Below, piece after piece: positions 46,349-54,631 of a stretch of DNA of 55,299 nt. The notes under the pieces were generated by a model. The model saw only the letters and a list, made by a program, of their open reading frames with translations, made no database searches and was not told where the DNA came from. The DNA comes from an uncultured Roseovarius sp. (GTDB taxonomy: Bacteria; Pseudomonadota; Alphaproteobacteria; Rhodobacterales; Rhodobacteraceae). The stretch is taken from assembly GCA_937884705.1 (NCBI GenBank), contig CAKZYL010000458.1, positions 1 through 55,299 of the forward strand, written 5' to 3'. A program made the translations under genes and the position numbers. Numbering within the stretch: position 1 is the first letter of the stretch; every line of letters begins with the position of its first letter.

Positions 46349-47892
46349 TGGCAACGGTCACAAAATCAATCGGCACAGCAGGTCGCGACTATGAGACCAT
46401 TACGCTATGGGAAGCTGACCTTGACAACGCCGCGGAGTACAGCTCTGGCGATGATGCTGTCGGGGAAATGTACAATGACAGCGTCTTCGACGAGGCGCCG
46501 GCTATCAATGGCGGCGGCACCATCGGATTAAATTCTATCACACTGACCGTTGCTTCCGGTGAACGACATGACGGCACTGCAGGGACAGGTGCACGTATTG
46601 TAAAAACGGGATCGGGTGGAAATGTTATAAGTCTCCCGACAGCTGTCGGGACGACCGTCGAATGGTTGGATATTGACGCCAACGGGAATACTTGGCAACG
46701 CATCTTCCTTGTCACCGCACCGAATGGAAGTGGCTATCAAAATACTATCCGAAATTGCATCATCCATGACATGACCAACGGCAACAATCCGATTCATGGG
46801 ATTTCCGCACAGAGCATTTCAACCGGATCAAAACTAGATATCCTGAACAATATTATGTATGGCATTACGTCAACGCGTAGCGCAGGATCGGGTTCGATTT
46901 TTGGCATTGAGCATGCTCAAAGCAACGGTACTTTTAACGTAATCAATAACACTATCCATGACGTGGAGGCGACGTCAGCATCATTCGGCGGCACCATTTA
47001 CGGTTTGGGCATGCTGAACAGCTCAAACCATGACTATGTCAATAACATCGTAACGGCAACCACAGCAGCAGGGTCGCCAACTCTGGCGGATTTCGAGTTA
47101 ATATCTCCGGCAAATCCAACAGTTAGTAACAACATGTCGAGTGACGCATCTGCTAGCGGAACAGGCAGCGTTACTAACGTCACAACAGCAGATCAGTACG
47201 TGTCGACGACTGTTGGTAGCGAAGACCTTCACCTTAAAACCGGATCTGATGCGATCGGAGCGGGAACGGATCTTGGCACTACTCCATCAGGCGTTGAGAT
47301 TGACATAGACGGTCGCGATCGGGACGCAGAAGGCGACACCTGGGACATTGGCGCCCATCAGTTTGTTGCAGCTGGTGGCGGAGGTCTTACGATCGATGCA
47401 GAGCACGGTACGTTCACACTAACTGGCCAGACTGTCGACCTCAGCGCCTCTCGATCGCTTGCAGCTGGATTGGGTAGCTTCGCTCTAACCGGGCAAACTG
47501 TCGATCTAATTACGTCAGGCGCTCTTGCTGCCGAGGCCGGTAGTTTCCTTCTGACAGGCCAAGATGTCGATCTTCAGGCCGATCGGACACTATCGGTCGA
47601 GCACGCAAATTTTGTTCTGAATGGCCAATCCGTCAATCTGGTTGGCGAAAACACAATCGTTGCTGAGAACGGCGTGTTCACCGTGACCGGCCAGGTGGCT
47701 GGCTTCGAGCAGGCACTGTCCCTTGTCGCGGAGCATGCAGATTTTGTTCTGACGGGACAGGACGCAAACCTATCGCTCGGGTTCACTCTTGACGCAGAGC
47801 ACGGCGTGTTTGTCCTCAACGGACAGAATGTGGTTTTGACGTACGATACCGGGGTGTTTGAACGACGAGTTCGTGCATTCATCATCGGCTGA
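46348..47892 (+). CDS. Beta-helix tail protein with C-terminal repeats
   Basis: Asn ladders (IRNCII, ILNNIM, VINNTI, YVNNIV), DIDG...WDIGAHQF, then about seven F-x-L/V-T/N-GQ repeats. Confidence 0.68.
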   Translation: MATVTKSIGTAGRDYETITLWEADLDNAAEYSSGDDAVGEMYNDSVFDEAPAINGGGTIGLNSITLTVASGERHDGTAGTGARIVKTGSGGNVISLPTAVGTTVEWLDIDANGNTWQRIFLVTAPNGSGYQNTIRNCIIHDMTNGNNPIHGISAQSISTGSKLDILNNIMYGITSTRSAGSGSIFGIEHAQSNGTFNVINNTIHDVEATSASFGGTIYGLGMLNSSNHDYVNNIVTATTAAGSPTLADFELISPANPTVSNNMSSDASASGTGSVTNVTTADQYVSTTVGSEDLHLKTGSDAIGAGTDLGTTPSGVEIDIDGRDRDAEGDTWDIGAHQFVAAGGGGLTIDAEHGTFTLTGQTVDLSASRSLAAGLGSFALTGQTVDLITSGALAAEAGSFLLTGQDVDLQADRTLSVEHANFVLNGQSVNLVGENTIVAENGVFTVTGQVAGFEQALSLVAEHADFVLTGQDANLSLGFTLDAEHGVFVLNGQNVVLTYDTGVFERRVRAFIIG

Positions 47893-47969
47893 AACTAACA
47901 GTCGCTACCTCCATTAAACATACAATTAGTATTGCGTCGTGCTGCGCGTAAAGCTCAGGAAATAGCCGC

Positions 47970-48701
47970 ATGAGCCTAGCATTTGAGAAACTATCAAAAC
48001 GCCGCTTGCAGGGCGTTCACCCCGACCTAACAGACGTCGTGCATAAGGCGATAGAAAGCCTTGATGTGCCGGTTTTGGTCGTTGAAGGTAAACGCACGAA
48101 AGCACGTCAACGCCAGCTAGTCAGAAAAGGTGCTAGCCAGACAATGAACAGCCGGCATCTAACCGGACATGCTGTTGACCTGGTCGCTGTTGACGGCCGC
48201 AAGCTTCTATGGGGCCGGCCTTACTATCAGTCGATATCAGCCGCAATGAAGTCAGCCGCAGAAGAGCTGAACGTTGATATTGATTGGGGTGGCGACTGGC
48301 GATCATTCAAAGACACTCCGCATTACCAGTTGAACTGGAAGGCTTACCCCAAGGATGACAAGAGCTGGCAGGATCGCGTTAAGCCAGAGGTTAAGCCCTG
48401 CCAAGTTCTGGCCAAGACTAGCCGTAAGTACAAGACGGCCGGCTTAGGAAAGCATGCTTCCGCTGGATTTGCTGCATCAGCAATTAGCTATGCCAGCCTG
48501 CAAAACGTAACCGCCACACAAAGCTATCTTGATGCGATCAGTTCCCTTCTCAAAACTTATGGGATTGTTGTTGCTATAGCTGCCGGTGTGGCTGGCTGGC
48601 TGATCTTCGAACTGCTTCAGCGTTGGCAGGAAGAAGACTATGAGGACGGCCGATACGAAACAAAAGAAGACATGAATGAAGGGTCAGGCGAATGGGGTTG
48701 A
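47970..48701 (+). CDS. Endolysin, peptidase M15 family, with hydrophobic C-terminus
   Basis: RLQGVHPDL, SRHLTGHAVD, WGGDW...DTPHYQL. Confidence 0.9.
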   Translation: MSLAFEKLSKRRLQGVHPDLTDVVHKAIESLDVPVLVVEGKRTKARQRQLVRKGASQTMNSRHLTGHAVDLVAVDGRKLLWGRPYYQSISAAMKSAAEELNVDIDWGGDWRSFKDTPHYQLNWKAYPKDDKSWQDRVKPEVKPCQVLAKTSRKYKTAGLGKHASAGFAASAISYASLQNVTATQSYLDAISSLLKTYGIVVAIAAGVAGWLIFELLQRWQEEDYEDGRYETKEDMNEGSGEWG

Positions 48702-49192
48702 CGCAAGAGCAATTGCATAAAGTCTTGCATTATGACCCTGACACTGGTGATTTTTGGTGGAAGGAGAAGAAGTCAGGGCGACACATGACAAAGCCAGCGG
48801 GCGGAAAGTCCGGGAGGTATTTACAAATACAGCTATGGAAAGGCGCGCAGTTCTACGCTCATCGCCTTGCGTGGCTGTACGTTTACGGAACGTGGCCGCC
48901 AGAATGCATAGACCATTCAAACGGTGATGGTCTTGATAACCGTGTTGCCAACCTTCGACTAGCGAGCAAGAAACAGAACGCACGAAACGCCAAAAAAGGA
49001 AAGAACAACACGTCGGGATACAAGGGCATTTGCTTTGACAAAGGGAAGCAGAAATGGATGGCCAAGACGTGCAAGGACTACAAACAGATATTTATTGGGT
49101 ACTTTGATTGCCCTAAGCAGGCGCATGAAGCGTATGTGAACAAGATAAAAGAGTTGCATGGGGAGTTTGCCAACGGTGGAGCTGGGGAATGA
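48692..49192 (+). CDS. HNH homing endonuclease with AP2-like C-terminus
   Basis: AHRLAWLY...IDHSNGDGLDNRVANLR...NTSGYKG. Confidence 0.9.
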   Translation: MGLTQEQLHKVLHYDPDTGDFWWKEKKSGRHMTKPAGGKSGRYLQIQLWKGAQFYAHRLAWLYVYGTWPPECIDHSNGDGLDNRVANLRLASKKQNARNAKKGKNNTSGYKGICFDKGKQKWMAKTCKDYKQIFIGYFDCPKQAHEAYVNKIKELHGEFANGGAGE

Positions 49193-49458
49193 ACGTAGCG
49201 TTGTCTCTAGGCGGCTTAATATTTAAGTCGTTTTATGGCCGTCTGATAGGCGTTGCACTGATTGCACTTAGTGCACTTGCTATCAATAATTCCTACCAAC
49301 GCGCCAAGGGCGCCAGTGCAGAGCGTACCAATATCGTTAATAAAACTAACGAGAAAGCGAAGCAACGCAATGCACAAGCTAGTAAGGTCCGCCGCGGCAA
49401 TCCTGTGTCTGGGGCTGCTAAGCGCTTGCGCGACGAATACGGCGCCGGCGCTAATTGA
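49189..49458 (+). CDS. Inner-membrane spanin (Rz-like)
   Basis: N-terminal hydrophobic helix plus helical tail; overlaps a lipoprotein gene. Confidence 0.65.
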   Translation: MNVALSLGGLIFKSFYGRLIGVALIALSALAINNSYQRAKGASAERTNIVNKTNEKAKQRNAQASKVRRGNPVSGAAKRLRDEYGAGAN

Positions 49459-49606
49459 TCTATCGTCTCTTTGCAAAGATTGGCGCGTGGTCAAGCCTGC
49501 TAATGCAGACAAGTTCACCAACAAGACCGCCAAAGACATCCTAGATAACAACGACACGCGCCATAAGGTTTATGGATGCCATAAGCTTGAAAACGAGGCC
49601 GCGTGA
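49370..49606 (+). CDS. Outer-membrane spanin lipoprotein (Rz1-like)
   Basis: MHKLVRSAAAILCLGLLSAC lipobox; overlaps the preceding gene in another frame. Confidence 0.72.
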   Translation: MHKLVRSAAAILCLGLLSACATNTAPALIDLSSLCKDWRVVKPANADKFTNKTAKDILDNNDTRHKVYGCHKLENEAA

Positions 49607-49767
49607 TGTGGTGGTTATCGGCCTGGACAATCGCAAACCTTGTGATCGCTGGGCTATTCTTGACTGTTGTCACCTTAGATAATGCACCACTTGATGAGTG
49701 GTTGTTCTTCGTAATTCTGGCCGCGTTGCCTTGGGCCTTAATATACATTTGGAAGCGAGCAACATAA
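49606..49767 (+). CDS. 53-aa two-helix membrane protein (holin candidate; not in the ORF track)
   Basis: MWWLSAWTIANLVIAGLFLTVV...WLFFVILAALPWALIYIWKRAT; TGATG coupling. Confidence 0.5.
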   Translation: MWWLSAWTIANLVIAGLFLTVVTLDNAPLDEWLFFVILAALPWALIYIWKRAT

Positions 49768-49791
49768 TGAACGATCATCGGAGCGGCAGCT

Positions 49792-50097
49792 ATGTACCCC
49801 ACACGTCATTCGATGCCGCCATACCAGCAATACGTGCCAAGCTCAGATCCTCACACGGTGGCCACTCTAACGGAGCTCCGCATCGGCCAGCACAATACCA
49901 ACGAGGCCCTCAAATGTATCAAGAGCAAGCAAGACCAAATATTGCAAGAGGTCCGCAAGCCCGCACGCCGCCTGCCGGAATGGCTATCCCCTCAAATAGT
50001 GGTGTGGATCATTATCATATTCGTTTCACTGATCGCGAATTTGACGGCGGAGAAACAGAAGCAATTGCTAGGTCTTCTCGACCATATGCCCAAGTGA
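49792..50097 (+). CDS. Membrane protein (holin/antiholin candidate)
   Basis: Coiled coil then IVVWIIIIFVSLIA; GGAG upstream. Confidence 0.45.
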   Translation: MYPTRHSMPPYQQYVPSSDPHTVATLTELRIGQHNTNEALKCIKSKQDQILQEVRKPARRLPEWLSPQIVVWIIIIFVSLIANLTAEKQKQLLGLLDHMPK

Positions 50098-50183
50098 TTC
50101 TTGCAAGCATTGCGGTTGTTTCTTTAGGGCTATACGCCTACCGCATGCTGACCTGAAGCGGGTGTTATTTGGCACCTTGCACG

Positions 50184-50429
50184 CTAGTGCAGACCATCCA
50201 GATAGCTCTTAGCTTCCTCAACCGTCCCTCTGAATGCCAGCCTTGTAGATATAGAAAATAGCGCATAGAGAGCGATTAATCCGAGCACTACGGCAAACGC
50301 ATCTATGAGTATAGATCCTCCGCCGTACACATGATTGACGACAGATGCCGCTACGGGCGCTGCCATGCTGGTTCCTTCGGCCAAATATTTCACCCAAGTC
50401 CAATTCGTAATTGTGATTGTAATATCCAC
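50184..50429 (-). CDS. Small membrane protein
   Basis: GAGGT RBS; hydrophobic helices. Confidence 0.55.
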   Translation of the reverse strand: MDITITITNWTWVKYLAEGTSMAAPVAASVVNHVYGGGSILIDAFAVVLGLIALYALFSISTRLAFRGTVEEAKSYLDGLH

Positions 50430-50532
50430 GTTACTACCTCAAAAAAACGATCAGTAAACAGTGTCATGCAACGTACCTTGGATGTTTGATCTAGATCAAG
50501 TCCGTGGGTGCATGTGTACGGGGGAACCTTTC

Positions 50533-50721
50533 CTATCTCGGGATTAGTCGAATTTCACGCAACGCAGCAGCCAACTCGCTCAAATCGCGACGGCGCTGCT
50601 CATCCTTCGCGCTACCATAAAAGCTATTGGCGTGCTTCTGGATCAGGGCAACCACATGCCTGTAATCATCCTCGCGCAAGGTGCGCAGACAGGTGATTGC
50701 ATGATGGTCGTGATCATTCAT
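50533..50721 (-). CDS. Hypothetical protein
   Basis: In the leftward operon; purine-rich RBS. Confidence 0.5.
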   Translation of the reverse strand: MNDHDHHAITCLRTLREDDYRHVVALIQKHANSFYGSAKDEQRRRDLSELAAALREIRLIPR

Positions 50722-50729
50722 GAACCGGC

Positions 50730-50936
50730 CTACCTTTCCAAGTTTGCGATCTGCTCTTCGACAGCACTTTTGATGGCCTCACGGATCTCGAACTCAAGCT
50801 CCATGAAGTTTGCTTGAATTCGAGATGAGTCACCTTTGACCGCGTACGTGTGGTTCAGCATGATATCGCGCGCCCGGTCGTGAGCCCATCGTGGCGATCC
50901 GTTGATCATGTCTTGAGCGTCTTTATCGAAACGCAT
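50730..50936 (-). CDS. Hypothetical protein
   Basis: AAGGAAGG before ATG at 50936. Confidence 0.55.
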   Translation of the reverse strand: MRFDKDAQDMINGSPRWAHDRARDIMLNHTYAVKGDSSRIQANFMELEFEIREAIKSAVEEQIANLER

Positions 50937-50962
50937 AGATCGGGCCTTCCTTGCGGTTAGAT

Positions 50963-51066
50963 TTGGGGCTGGTATTTGCAGGCGCTCTATCCATTCTGAG
51001 CTACATCCGTCGACGGTGGGGTTCGAACCCACGACCTCCAACTACTGACCAGTTTCGCATCCCCAA
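50963..51066 (-). ncRNA. Circularly permuted tRNA mimic (YrlA/Y-RNA-like)
   Basis: Order T arm, closed acceptor hairpin, D arm; enclosed by TTGGGG/CCCCAA and CTGGT/ACCAG stems. Confidence 0.72.
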
Positions 51067-51215
51067 GGCATCTAAGGGACCGTCTCCCTACTCTGCCACT
51101 ACGCTCCGAGAATCTCTTACAGCGGTCCTGTCGGAAGCGCGGTGCCGCTGAGCATCGCCGTAAGCTGCAGCCGTACGGCAATTCGAGTTATCCACCTTTG
51201 TCCATGGGCGGGCCT

Positions 51216-51365
51216 CTACTTCTTCTTGTCCAAGGCTTCTTTGACTTGGGCATCTATGTGGTCAAATGCGCGTTGGGCTGCATCGTATGCTTCCCGCGCT
51301 TGAGCAAGTTCACGCCGCCGCTTGGAGCGGATAACAACCAGCCCATCGAACTCTTCGTCTGACAT
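51216..51365 (-). CDS. Small coiled-coil protein
   Basis: GAGG before ATG at 51365. Confidence 0.45.
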   Translation of the reverse strand: MSDEEFDGLVVIRSKRRRELAQAREAYDAAQRAFDHIDAQVKEALDKKK

Positions 51366-51404
51366 GCTCGGGGCCTCTCTTCTGTGTTGGGGACAACGTA
51401 AGCA

Positions 51405-51485
51405 GGCCCTTGACAAACGTCAATACAAAAAATACTTTTCCAACAAGCAATACATTCAGCGCGAGCAGTAGAACATTGACGAATC
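51405..51485. promoter_or_regulatory. Divergent promoter region
   Basis: TTGACA at 51410-51415, opposite-strand TTGACG near 51423, AT-rich, inverted CGTCAAT/ATTGACG. Confidence 0.5.
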
Positions 51486-51511
51486 CCCAGACAGCCGTCA
51501 CAGACGGTGAG

Positions 51512-51685
51512 ATGAAAGACAAATGGCTACAGGTCCGCGTCGATGAGGATATCGAAGCGGCGCTAGATGAACTGCGAATAGCTGATTTGCAGAGCGGCAG
51601 ATCCAAGAAGCTGCCGAACAAATCGCAGATGGTTATCCTGCTGATTGAGCGCGCCAAGGCGGATCTCAAGAAGGGCAAGAGGTAG
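51512..51685 (+). CDS. Ribbon-helix-helix regulator
   Basis: WLQVRVDEDIEAALDELR...NKSQMVILLI. Confidence 0.65.
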   Translation: MKDKWLQVRVDEDIEAALDELRIADLQSGRSKKLPNKSQMVILLIERAKADLKKGKR

Positions 51686-51687
51686 TC

Positions 51688-51894
51688 ATGGCAAAAACCT
51701 GGAAGATAACAAATCACGAGGAATATCTCGAAGCGCGCGCCGAGCTTGATCGTATCAACAAGGCGATTGCGGAGGCGCCGAAGGACTCTGTTCCAGTATT
51801 CAAAGGCTCTGCTGAGCTACACACTGAAGTCCAGGCTTGGGAGCGTCGCAATAGCATTACACATCCACCGCCGTGGATGAAGTCAACGCAGTAG
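51688..51894 (+). CDS. Small hypothetical protein
   Basis: GAGGT RBS; ITNHEEYLEA...WE. Confidence 0.6.
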   Translation: MAKTWKITNHEEYLEARAELDRINKAIAEAPKDSVPVFKGSAELHTEVQAWERRNSITHPPPWMKSTQ

Positions 51895-51907
51895 AGAAGG
51901 TGCGAGC

Positions 51908-52102
51908 ATGGGCAAGGCAGTCGATTTCTATGATCTTGGCTTGACCGCCGAAATCACTTCTGATGGTCGCCTTCGAATTGTGTCCAAAGAGGTGCGAGGG
52001 CTTGTGCTGTCCAGTACCGACCATGATGCAGTGTGGCGCGACCTCGGCCCAGCATTACAGGCGCTGCTCAAGCGAAACGAAAATTGGCCAGTTGATAATT
52101 GA
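51908..52102 (+). CDS. Small hypothetical protein (array)
   Basis: Motif then ATG. Confidence 0.6.
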   Translation: MGKAVDFYDLGLTAEITSDGRLRIVSKEVRGLVLSSTDHDAVWRDLGPALQALLKRNENWPVDN

Positions 52103-52111
52103 GGTGCGCAG

Positions 52112-52264
52112 ATGACTTATTTGAAACTGAGGTTCAAAGCGTTCCTGTTTGCTCTTCGCTGCGCCTGGAGCGTTTTGAGGTTCGGGAAGTCGGAACGGTT
52201 TGGCCCTGTGCACATGGAGGGCCCGGGTGTCGATGCCTGGGATAAGATTCGAGATAGAAAGTAA
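52112..52264 (+). CDS. 50-aa hypothetical protein (array; not in the ORF track)
   Basis: GAGGTGCG then ATG; MTYLKLRFKAFLFALR... Confidence 0.5.
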   Translation: MTYLKLRFKAFLFALRCAWSVLRFGKSERFGPVHMEGPGVDAWDKIRDRK

Positions 52265-52270
52265 GGGTGG

Positions 52271-52462
52271 ATGATGCACTGGGAGAGTGTGCCTGCAACA
52301 TACGTTTGGCACTCCAACACACCCACTCGCCGCCGCACTCGTGTCGAAGCGTTTTGGCGTAATGACAGATGGTGGCGGGTGTGGGGGCGATCGTGCGTCA
52401 GCCCGATTGAAAGAATTGACCACGACGAGCTAAGAATTGTGAAAATGCAATTCGACGATTAA
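52271..52462 (+). CDS. Small Trp/Arg-rich protein (array)
   Basis: AAGGGTG before ATG; stop overlaps the next motif. Confidence 0.55.
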   Translation: MMHWESVPATYVWHSNTPTRRRTRVEAFWRNDRWWRVWGRSCVSPIERIDHDELRIVKMQFDD

Positions 52463-52477
52463 CGAGAAGGTGCGGCT

Positions 52478-52726
52478 ATGACCAAGGCAAACAATCATCC
52501 GATCGTAAGAGATCTTCGTCAGCTTCTCGACAAGCACAAGATTGACGGTGCGGTTTTGGTTGGTGTTTTTAGCAACGGTCATCCGTTCTCAGCTTCTGCC
52601 GGTCGCGACGTTGAGAAGTGCAACGCTCTTGGTCCAGTTCTTCAATCTGAATATGTGGACATCGTAAAATTTGAGGTCGATCAGATTTTGATGGATCTAT
52701 CTCAAACGAAGAAGCTGGAAGGTTAG
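52478..52726 (+). CDS. Small hypothetical protein (array)
   Basis: 14-mer motif then ATG. Confidence 0.62.
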   Translation: MTKANNHPIVRDLRQLLDKHKIDGAVLVGVFSNGHPFSASAGRDVEKCNALGPVLQSEYVDIVKFEVDQILMDLSQTKKLEG

Positions 52727-52734
52727 GTGCTGCT

Positions 52735-52938
52735 ATGGGTGTTGTAAAAATCGACATGACAGAATGCGCGCTTGCGATTGGCATGGGTGAGCCTGATGAG
52801 GCGGGCAGCTATGTCAACATCACCATGATTGCATTCGGACAATCTCACGATGACCCACCGCAGCAATTAACTTTCCGATTGTCGGAGGGCGAAGCCTTGA
52901 TGTTGCGAGATCGCTTAGTTCATGTCTTGTCGAGGTAG
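52735..52938 (+). CDS. Small hypothetical protein (array)
   Basis: TAGGTGC then ATG. Confidence 0.6.
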   Translation: MGVVKIDMTECALAIGMGEPDEAGSYVNITMIAFGQSHDDPPQQLTFRLSEGEALMLRDRLVHVLSR

Positions 52939-52941
52939 GCT

Positions 52942-53145
52942 ATGGAACCGATGCCATCGAAAGAGGACTTCGACGACGCTGCGGATGAACTCGCTGATGC
53001 CGTCGAATATCTTCAGACACAGCTGCATGCTGGTGAAGGCGTGCTTGAGAGCCAGTGGATAGGTCCGGTGATGCGAGCACATGAACTGCTGCTGCATATG
53101 TCCGAGCTTGCCCCGACTGACGAACAACAGAAGTTACCAACGTAG
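52942..53145 (+). CDS. Small acidic protein (array)
   Basis: GAGGT then ATG. Confidence 0.6.
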   Translation: MEPMPSKEDFDDAADELADAVEYLQTQLHAGEGVLESQWIGPVMRAHELLLHMSELAPTDEQQKLPT

Positions 53146-53153
53146 GTGGGACC

Positions 53154-53393
53154 ATGGCTGCACGGATGACGGTTGATGACGCCAAGGCTGAATGTGAGCG
53201 CTGGTTTGCGCATCTCAATCGCCAGAAAACCAAGGCGCTTGAGCTTGGTCGTATCGCAGCCGAACGTAGAGCCGGGCGAATGGATTACGATGAGGCGAAG
53301 AGGTTGATGAGAGCGCTAGATAGCAAGCCGACAGTCTACGACGGCGCCAACCTGGAACGCGCTGTTCGTGTGCTGCTGAAAAATTTGAAATAG
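53154..53393 (+). CDS. Small hypothetical protein (array)
   Basis: AACGTAGGTG then ATG. Confidence 0.6.
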   Translation: MAARMTVDDAKAECERWFAHLNRQKTKALELGRIAAERRAGRMDYDEAKRLMRALDSKPTVYDGANLERAVRVLLKNLK

Positions 53394-53411
53394 GAAAGGT
53401 ACGTGCGAGAG

Positions 53412-53681
53412 ATGGCAGACGATGCATTTGAGGAACTAAAAGATGTTGTCGTTCGATTGCAGCGACTAACCGGTCATCGTGATGGACTGGTCTCAGTCCA
53501 GATCAATTCAGAGGCTTGGGAAGATTTCTCCAACGCGATCAGACACTCACCAACAATGCGCAACATGGTTCCGGTTGAACATGGTCAAGGTGCGGATGGC
53601 AGAGGGAAGCGGTTCGAGTTTATGGGAGTTGAGTTTGCCGACTACAATCGTCTGACTGGCTTAAGCTCAACTAGGAAGTAG
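53412..53681 (+). CDS. Small hypothetical protein (array); start 53403 or 53412
   Basis: Variant motif upstream. Confidence 0.58.
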   Translation: MADDAFEELKDVVVRLQRLTGHRDGLVSVQINSEAWEDFSNAIRHSPTMRNMVPVEHGQGADGRGKRFEFMGVEFADYNRLTGLSSTRK

Positions 53682-53690
53682 AGGTGCCCA

Positions 53691-53828
53691 ATGGAACGTT
53701 TCGCCATCAAGATATATGAGCGCTGGTGCGAACGCAGCTGCAACATCCTTGGATGGAACGATCAGGGCGAGGTTGCGAAGAACCATTTCAGGCGTGTTGC
53801 GCGAATTGTTGTTGCAGCGCGGCTTTAA
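53691..53828 (+). CDS. 45-aa hypothetical protein (array; not in the ORF track)
   Basis: GAGGTGCCCA then ATG; stop overlaps the next motif. Confidence 0.5.
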   Translation: MERFAIKIYERWCERSCNILGWNDQGEVAKNHFRRVARIVVAARL

Positions 53829-53842
53829 CGAGAAGGTGCGAA

Positions 53843-54046
53843 ATGTGGCTACCAGACACACAGGCTGACAAGGACGCCAAACACGCCGAAAGGCTGTTAG
53901 CTATGAGCATCGCTGATGAGGATCTGCAGGCGGAGCTTGATCGCATTTGGTTCAAGCTTATCGACGCACGAAACACAGGCAGTAAGAACTTGCTGCAGGA
54001 CGCGATTGATGATCTCGGCTGCATAATTGCGAATGATGACGATTGA
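53843..54046 (+). CDS. Small acidic protein (array)
   Basis: 14-mer motif then ATG at 53843. Confidence 0.6.
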   Translation: MWLPDTQADKDAKHAERLLAMSIADEDLQAELDRIWFKLIDARNTGSKNLLQDAIDDLGCIIANDDD

Positions 54047-54062
54047 ACGAGAAGGTGCGACC

Positions 54063-54254
54063 GTGACAGAGCCTACGTTTGAAGTCCGAACTATTGAACG
54101 GAACACTTGGGCTGTGGTTCGCGGAAGAGATCGCGTGTTCGTCACGACGGATTGGGTTGCGGCAGTTCGCACTAAAGATGAATTGAACCGGGCCGATCGG
54201 CGGGCATTCTATGAAGGCCTTATTGTCGGTGCGTCAGAGCGATCAGTGAAATAG
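54063..54254 (+). CDS. Small hypothetical protein (array)
   Basis: 14-mer motif then GTG at 54063. Confidence 0.58.
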   Translation: MTEPTFEVRTIERNTWAVVRGRDRVFVTTDWVAAVRTKDELNRADRRAFYEGLIVGASERSVK

Positions 54255-54264
54255 GGGTGCGGCT

Positions 54265-54357
54265 GTGACCGACTGGATGATCGCAATAGATTTCACTTTG
54301 ACAATGATCATATGTGTCGTGCTGCTGATTTGGATCGTAAGACGAATTAACGAGTAG
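54265..54357 (+). CDS. 30-aa single-helix membrane peptide (array; not in the ORF track)
   Basis: Motif then GTG; hydrophobic LTMIICVVLLIWIV. Confidence 0.45.
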   Translation: MTDWMIAIDFTLTMIICVVLLIWIVRRINE

Positions 54358-54364
54358 GTGCCCA

Positions 54365-54631
54365 ATGCTTAAAGATCCAGAGCCATTAGTCTACGGCCAC
54401 AAAGAGCACCGTAGCGGCTGGTACAATCTATTTCGACTGCGGTGTTTTTTCAAAAACTGCCCATGCCGAATGACGCGTCTTGATGAGAAGGCCGGGTGGC
54501 GCTGTGTGGACTGTGGCGAGCTGAAGGGGGTGTTCGGAGAACTATACGGCGACGGCGGCGACAACGGTTGGCGCTATCCTCGACAGGCTCCAGATCCTAA
54601 ACCTTCTCCACAAACTCAAAACGCAGAATAG
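54365..54631 (+). CDS. Small Cys-rich protein (array)
   Basis: Motif then ATG; CVDCG. Confidence 0.58.
   Translation: MLKDPEPLVYGHKEHRSGWYNLFRLRCFFKNCPCRMTRLDEKAGWRCVDCGELKGVFGELYGDGGDNGWRYPRQAPDPKPSPQTQNAE

Noticed and set aside
42088-47892. Diversity-generating retroelement acting on the tail fibre
   Set aside because: No reverse transcriptase gene or template/variable repeat pair was seen.
50963-51066. Canonical tRNA gene or second att remnant
   Set aside because: The halves are in reversed order, there is no anticodon loop or CCA, and the sequence differs from the att tRNA-Arg.
50937-51181. ORFs 50951-51151, 50987-51181 and the extension of 50730 to 51041
   Set aside because: They overlap the structured RNA and lack convincing RBS or protein features.
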